DNA of 64,000 nucleotides from Pseudovirgaria hyperparasitica (Eukaryota): NCBI GenBank assembly GCA_010093815.1, contig ML996578.1; one strand, 5' to 3'. Shown piece by piece: positions 60,540 to 64,000 of this stretch (position 1 is its first letter; each line of letters starts with the position of its first letter). The notes under the pieces were generated by a model. It saw only the letters and a program-made list of their open reading frames with translations, ran no database searches and was not told where the DNA came from. The position numbers and the translations under genes were made by a program.

Positions 60540-63500
60540 TAAAATATGTTATGCTGGCGTAATTATTAGAAAGTCTAGGTTGAACGTTCGATAGGTCTAT
60601 TTTGCGTGACGACTTGGAATCAGTCGTATTCAGCATTAACATATCCTTCAAGGAAATACAGAGTATCTAATGCAGTAGCTACTGAGCTGCCAGGTAGATC
60701 CTTCTCTGAGAAATCAATCCTGGTGGGCGCGACATGGCTGTTTGCATTCTGCCTCTGAGTGCGACACAGAGCTGCACGATCCGTGAACGCCCGATTTGCA
60801 TGTAAAGCCACAGTAAATATCATTGCTGTACATGAACTACGCATGTGACACAGTACGCGCTGTAGAGACTTGACGGAACTCAGCAGTATAGCATGTTTCT
60901 CTATGAAATCTTGACTTTAGTTCGAATCAAGTGTCGGTTTTTAGACATTTAAGATCTTTCCAAAGGGCTTTATAGCATTCAAGACGGTTGTGCCTGGATG
61001 TTTTCTATAGTTTCCAAACCGCCTAGATGCAGAGTCTTGTACACTACGCTGTGTAACGATCTGGCTACTGTCTCCTTTCAGGCTTTCACCATATCTTTCA
61101 CGTGGACCCAAGCATGGATCCTCCGAGGTCAGAGATGCAAAAGTCACGGAGTTATAATCTGTAGCTGAAACAAGGTCTATGGAACGAAAGATATGTAAGT
61201 TCACAGTAGTCAGCTGTCAGTGAGGAATTGCACGTTCTAGAGTCGAACTCTCTAACGAGACCTTGCAATTATGCTTCGCGATAAGTGTAAATGGACAACT
61301 ATCACATCCATCAAGATTCCGCGCGCATGCTCATGTAAAAACTGGCTGTAGCTGTAAAGAAGCCCATCAGCTTGCCTGCCACCGCAGTTTTGCCCCTTGT
61401 CCCCCAAGCTTCTGGTGGTATCGCGCGCGATATAATCGCATAGCACATTAGTATAGTAGCCACAGTATCAATAGCAGCCTGATGTGGTATCATCAGTGGC
61501 ACCGTTCCAGGAGATATTTACTTCTGGTGTCGGCGGTGTGTTGTCAATCTCTCTGGAGGATCTGCGTTATATACATTTCTGTCCATATTTTGTTCATTCT
61601 AGCCTACAACAGTGACCTTTGTGAACTCTCTAGTCGCTTCAATTGTGCTACAACAGGCTCAGTCGGTGACTATGTCACAGACTGTACGGCTTCAGACTAT
61701 GCTGGTCTACTCTTTTATGGAAGTGGGAAGCTCTACACAGCGGTAGCCTAAGACTGAGATCACACACTACAATGATGAGATGATGTCATATATTAAGTTC
61801 TCTAGAAATAGGGGACCGAAGGCTTGGGTCTTGCGACCATGAGGTACACGCCCAGAGTCCGTGAACCGACATATCCGATACTCTTGGTGTCAAGAGTGAA
61901 AGTCTAGTCTGAGCGAACCACTAGGCTAGCTTTCATATGTAGAGACACCGACATATCCAAGCTATCCGAAGCCACAACGAGGAATCATATGCCAGTGTCT
62001 TATTCATCAATCTGTGATGATCGGCACTGCATGCGGGAGCTCTACAGTCGCATGGCCACTATCTTGAATACCTGCAGTCAGTTTCTGGAGAAAAATCCGA
62101 GCTATTTCAATCCGGAAAAAGTCAGGTCTTTGGGAAGTTGTATGCTATTGCTAAGCCAGCACGGCTATCTTGATAATTCAAGGAAAGCGGTCGTCCAAGA
62201 TTGCCTACTTGTCACAAAGTCTCACACCTGTATATCATCTCCTACGGAGAGTGCTTGCCCCTTACTTTGCTTCATATCTAGTACTACCATACCAATCACT
62301 TCTGCTCTTCGTTTAGCATTGCTATTCAGTCTAACACCTCTTTGAAATGAGCGTCCAGTCACCGCGCCCCTCCGGCCTAGGAGTGTGGTAAGGTTTGGAA
62401 TGCGGTTCCACGCATAGTGAATAGCTTGTAATCGGTTCTTCCTTAGGCATAGTGTGGAGAAAAAATTTGAGGGGCGCACATGACGATATTCACGCAATGA
62501 GGCCTAGGACGAGGCTTCATTGCAATCAGCCAATGCTTTAGAGGAGAGTCATACGCTATGCGATTTTCGCCGTGTCCTTAGACTGGCAAAGTAATTTCGC
62601 CAGGCAAGATGTCATGCGACGGTCCACCGGCACAGCGAATAAGTCATCTATGAGATGTTCCAAAGCTTCAACTCAGAGTAAGCTTCGGCCCCGGTGGCGC
62701 AAATCTGGATAAGCATACAAACTTGTACTGGCTCAGGCGCACCACTCCACGTGCCACTACGCTTACGCAGATCTCTCCAGAGAAAGTGTCATAGTGGCGC
62801 AAGCTTACATGCCGCTATTTCCCGCTCATATCCAGGACGTACGTTCGCGGCACTTAAACATGTCCTGATTCTGCCTTGGCGCAAGTGCAAAGGATTTGAC
62901 GTCCTGTCCATCTGTCCTAAAACTGGCACTCTGTTGATTTTCAGAAAAAGCAATATGAACGTCACAGAGTCATACAATTGCTGACAAACCTAAGCATGCT
63001 TAAAGCTACTAAGAACGCGACAGCCACAGACGTTTAGACATCCTGATGAAAGGGGACGTGGAATTGTTGCCAAGGGTGAGCAGTAGAAGTAGTATTCATT
63101 AGTGCTTGCTGTATACCTATTCCGCAATGTCCTATGATATAACCACCGTTTGGTATGTGCCATTTGCCCGGGAGCCAAAGTGTTCGTCACTTCGAGCAAA
63201 ATCGATGGGAATCCCATCGCCACAGTCCGGCCTGGAGGCAATCTGATTTGGCAGTGTGAGTGCCTGGGATCCTTTGCTTTTGGGGCATGCTCACAACAGA
63301 CACTATCTCAGCCTCAGTCACTTGGACAGCTTTGGACATGAATCTGTAAAGCCTATGTGGAACACGTGCAGAGGGCCAGGGTCTTGAAGGCTGAATCTAT
63401 ACTCTATCTAGGCACAGTGTCTGAGGACGGTCAGACCAATTGACTGTTCTGATCTCGCCCACCAACTTCCCCTTCAGGGCTGGCCCAAGCGGTCTGGGGG

Positions 63501-64000
63501 CTTTAACATAAGAACTGTAGAAAGGATAGTCCTATTGGAGAGGTCGTTCATGCGGCCATGATTTAACTAAAGCTATGTTCTAGACTTGAAGTCTCTGACT
63601 GAAAGCTTGCTTAATCTTGTGCACAACATGTTGTGGTTGATATCTTGCAAGGCTGCTGGCTCACTGAAGGGCGCGCACCTAACGGGTATGCTGCACACAT
63701 ATCGAACGTCTTATGATTTTTGCCCCTGAAGACTCGTATAGAAAGCTATCGTGATATCCCACTTCCAGGCAGCAGAAGTTTGACTTGCGCGTCCATTTCA
63801 GGTCTTGTGTCATTCCGCAATGTCACATTCCTTGTTTATGCCAAACCACTAAAGGTGATAGATAGCGTGCTCCACGCGTTTTGAGCAGAGAAGGATCCAT
63901 CGAGGCAGTCTTGCCGGTCTGATCTGAATCTGGATGCTTCTGAAATACGCCTCTCCGTTCCCTACGGGTCTGCTTATCCATACATTGCGACAGAAGGCCA

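Noticed and set aside
60600..64000. ORF fragments at the right end, considered as transposon or pseudogene relics
   Set aside because: No transposase, RT or integrase motifs and no terminal repeats recognised; cannot be supported without a search.

Overview
Eukaryotic DNA from a filamentous ascomycete (Pezizomycotina; a Dothideomycete is plausible but unproven). It has short GT-AG introns with CTRAC branch sites, so the ORF track fragments most genes; I rebuilt about 20 gene models by hand. Housekeeping genes: ILV1, pyruvate kinase, NOG2, a probable mitochondrial protein, RNase H2A, SAC1, Rab5, RCF1, DUF1746/Dsc4. Inserted between pyruvate kinase and NOG2 is an accessory block: a secreted flavin-only cellobiose-dehydrogenase-like GMC oxidoreductase, a Zn2Cys6 regulator, a gentisate 1,2-dioxygenase and a divergent FAD aromatic hydroxylase. 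A bZIP gene sits in a large gene-poor region. The right third holds SMP-30, MARVEL-like, small secreted, sugar porter and methyltransferase genes. Best leads: (1) the aromatic/hydroquinone cluster and its possible link to the neighbouring CDH-like enzyme; (2) two Asn-to-Asp changes at conserved GMC positions in that enzyme, including the catalytic Asn; (3) an apparent non-canonical GA-AG intron required for the hydroxylase frame; (4) an snR191/U19-type H/ACA snoRNA in the NOG2 intron, with both guide pockets readable; (5) a bZIP gene with an AUG-less in-frame extension and uORFs; (6) a two-exon candidate effector. No tRNA, rRNA, CRISPR array or intact transposon was seen. All calls come from reading the sequence; no searches were run.
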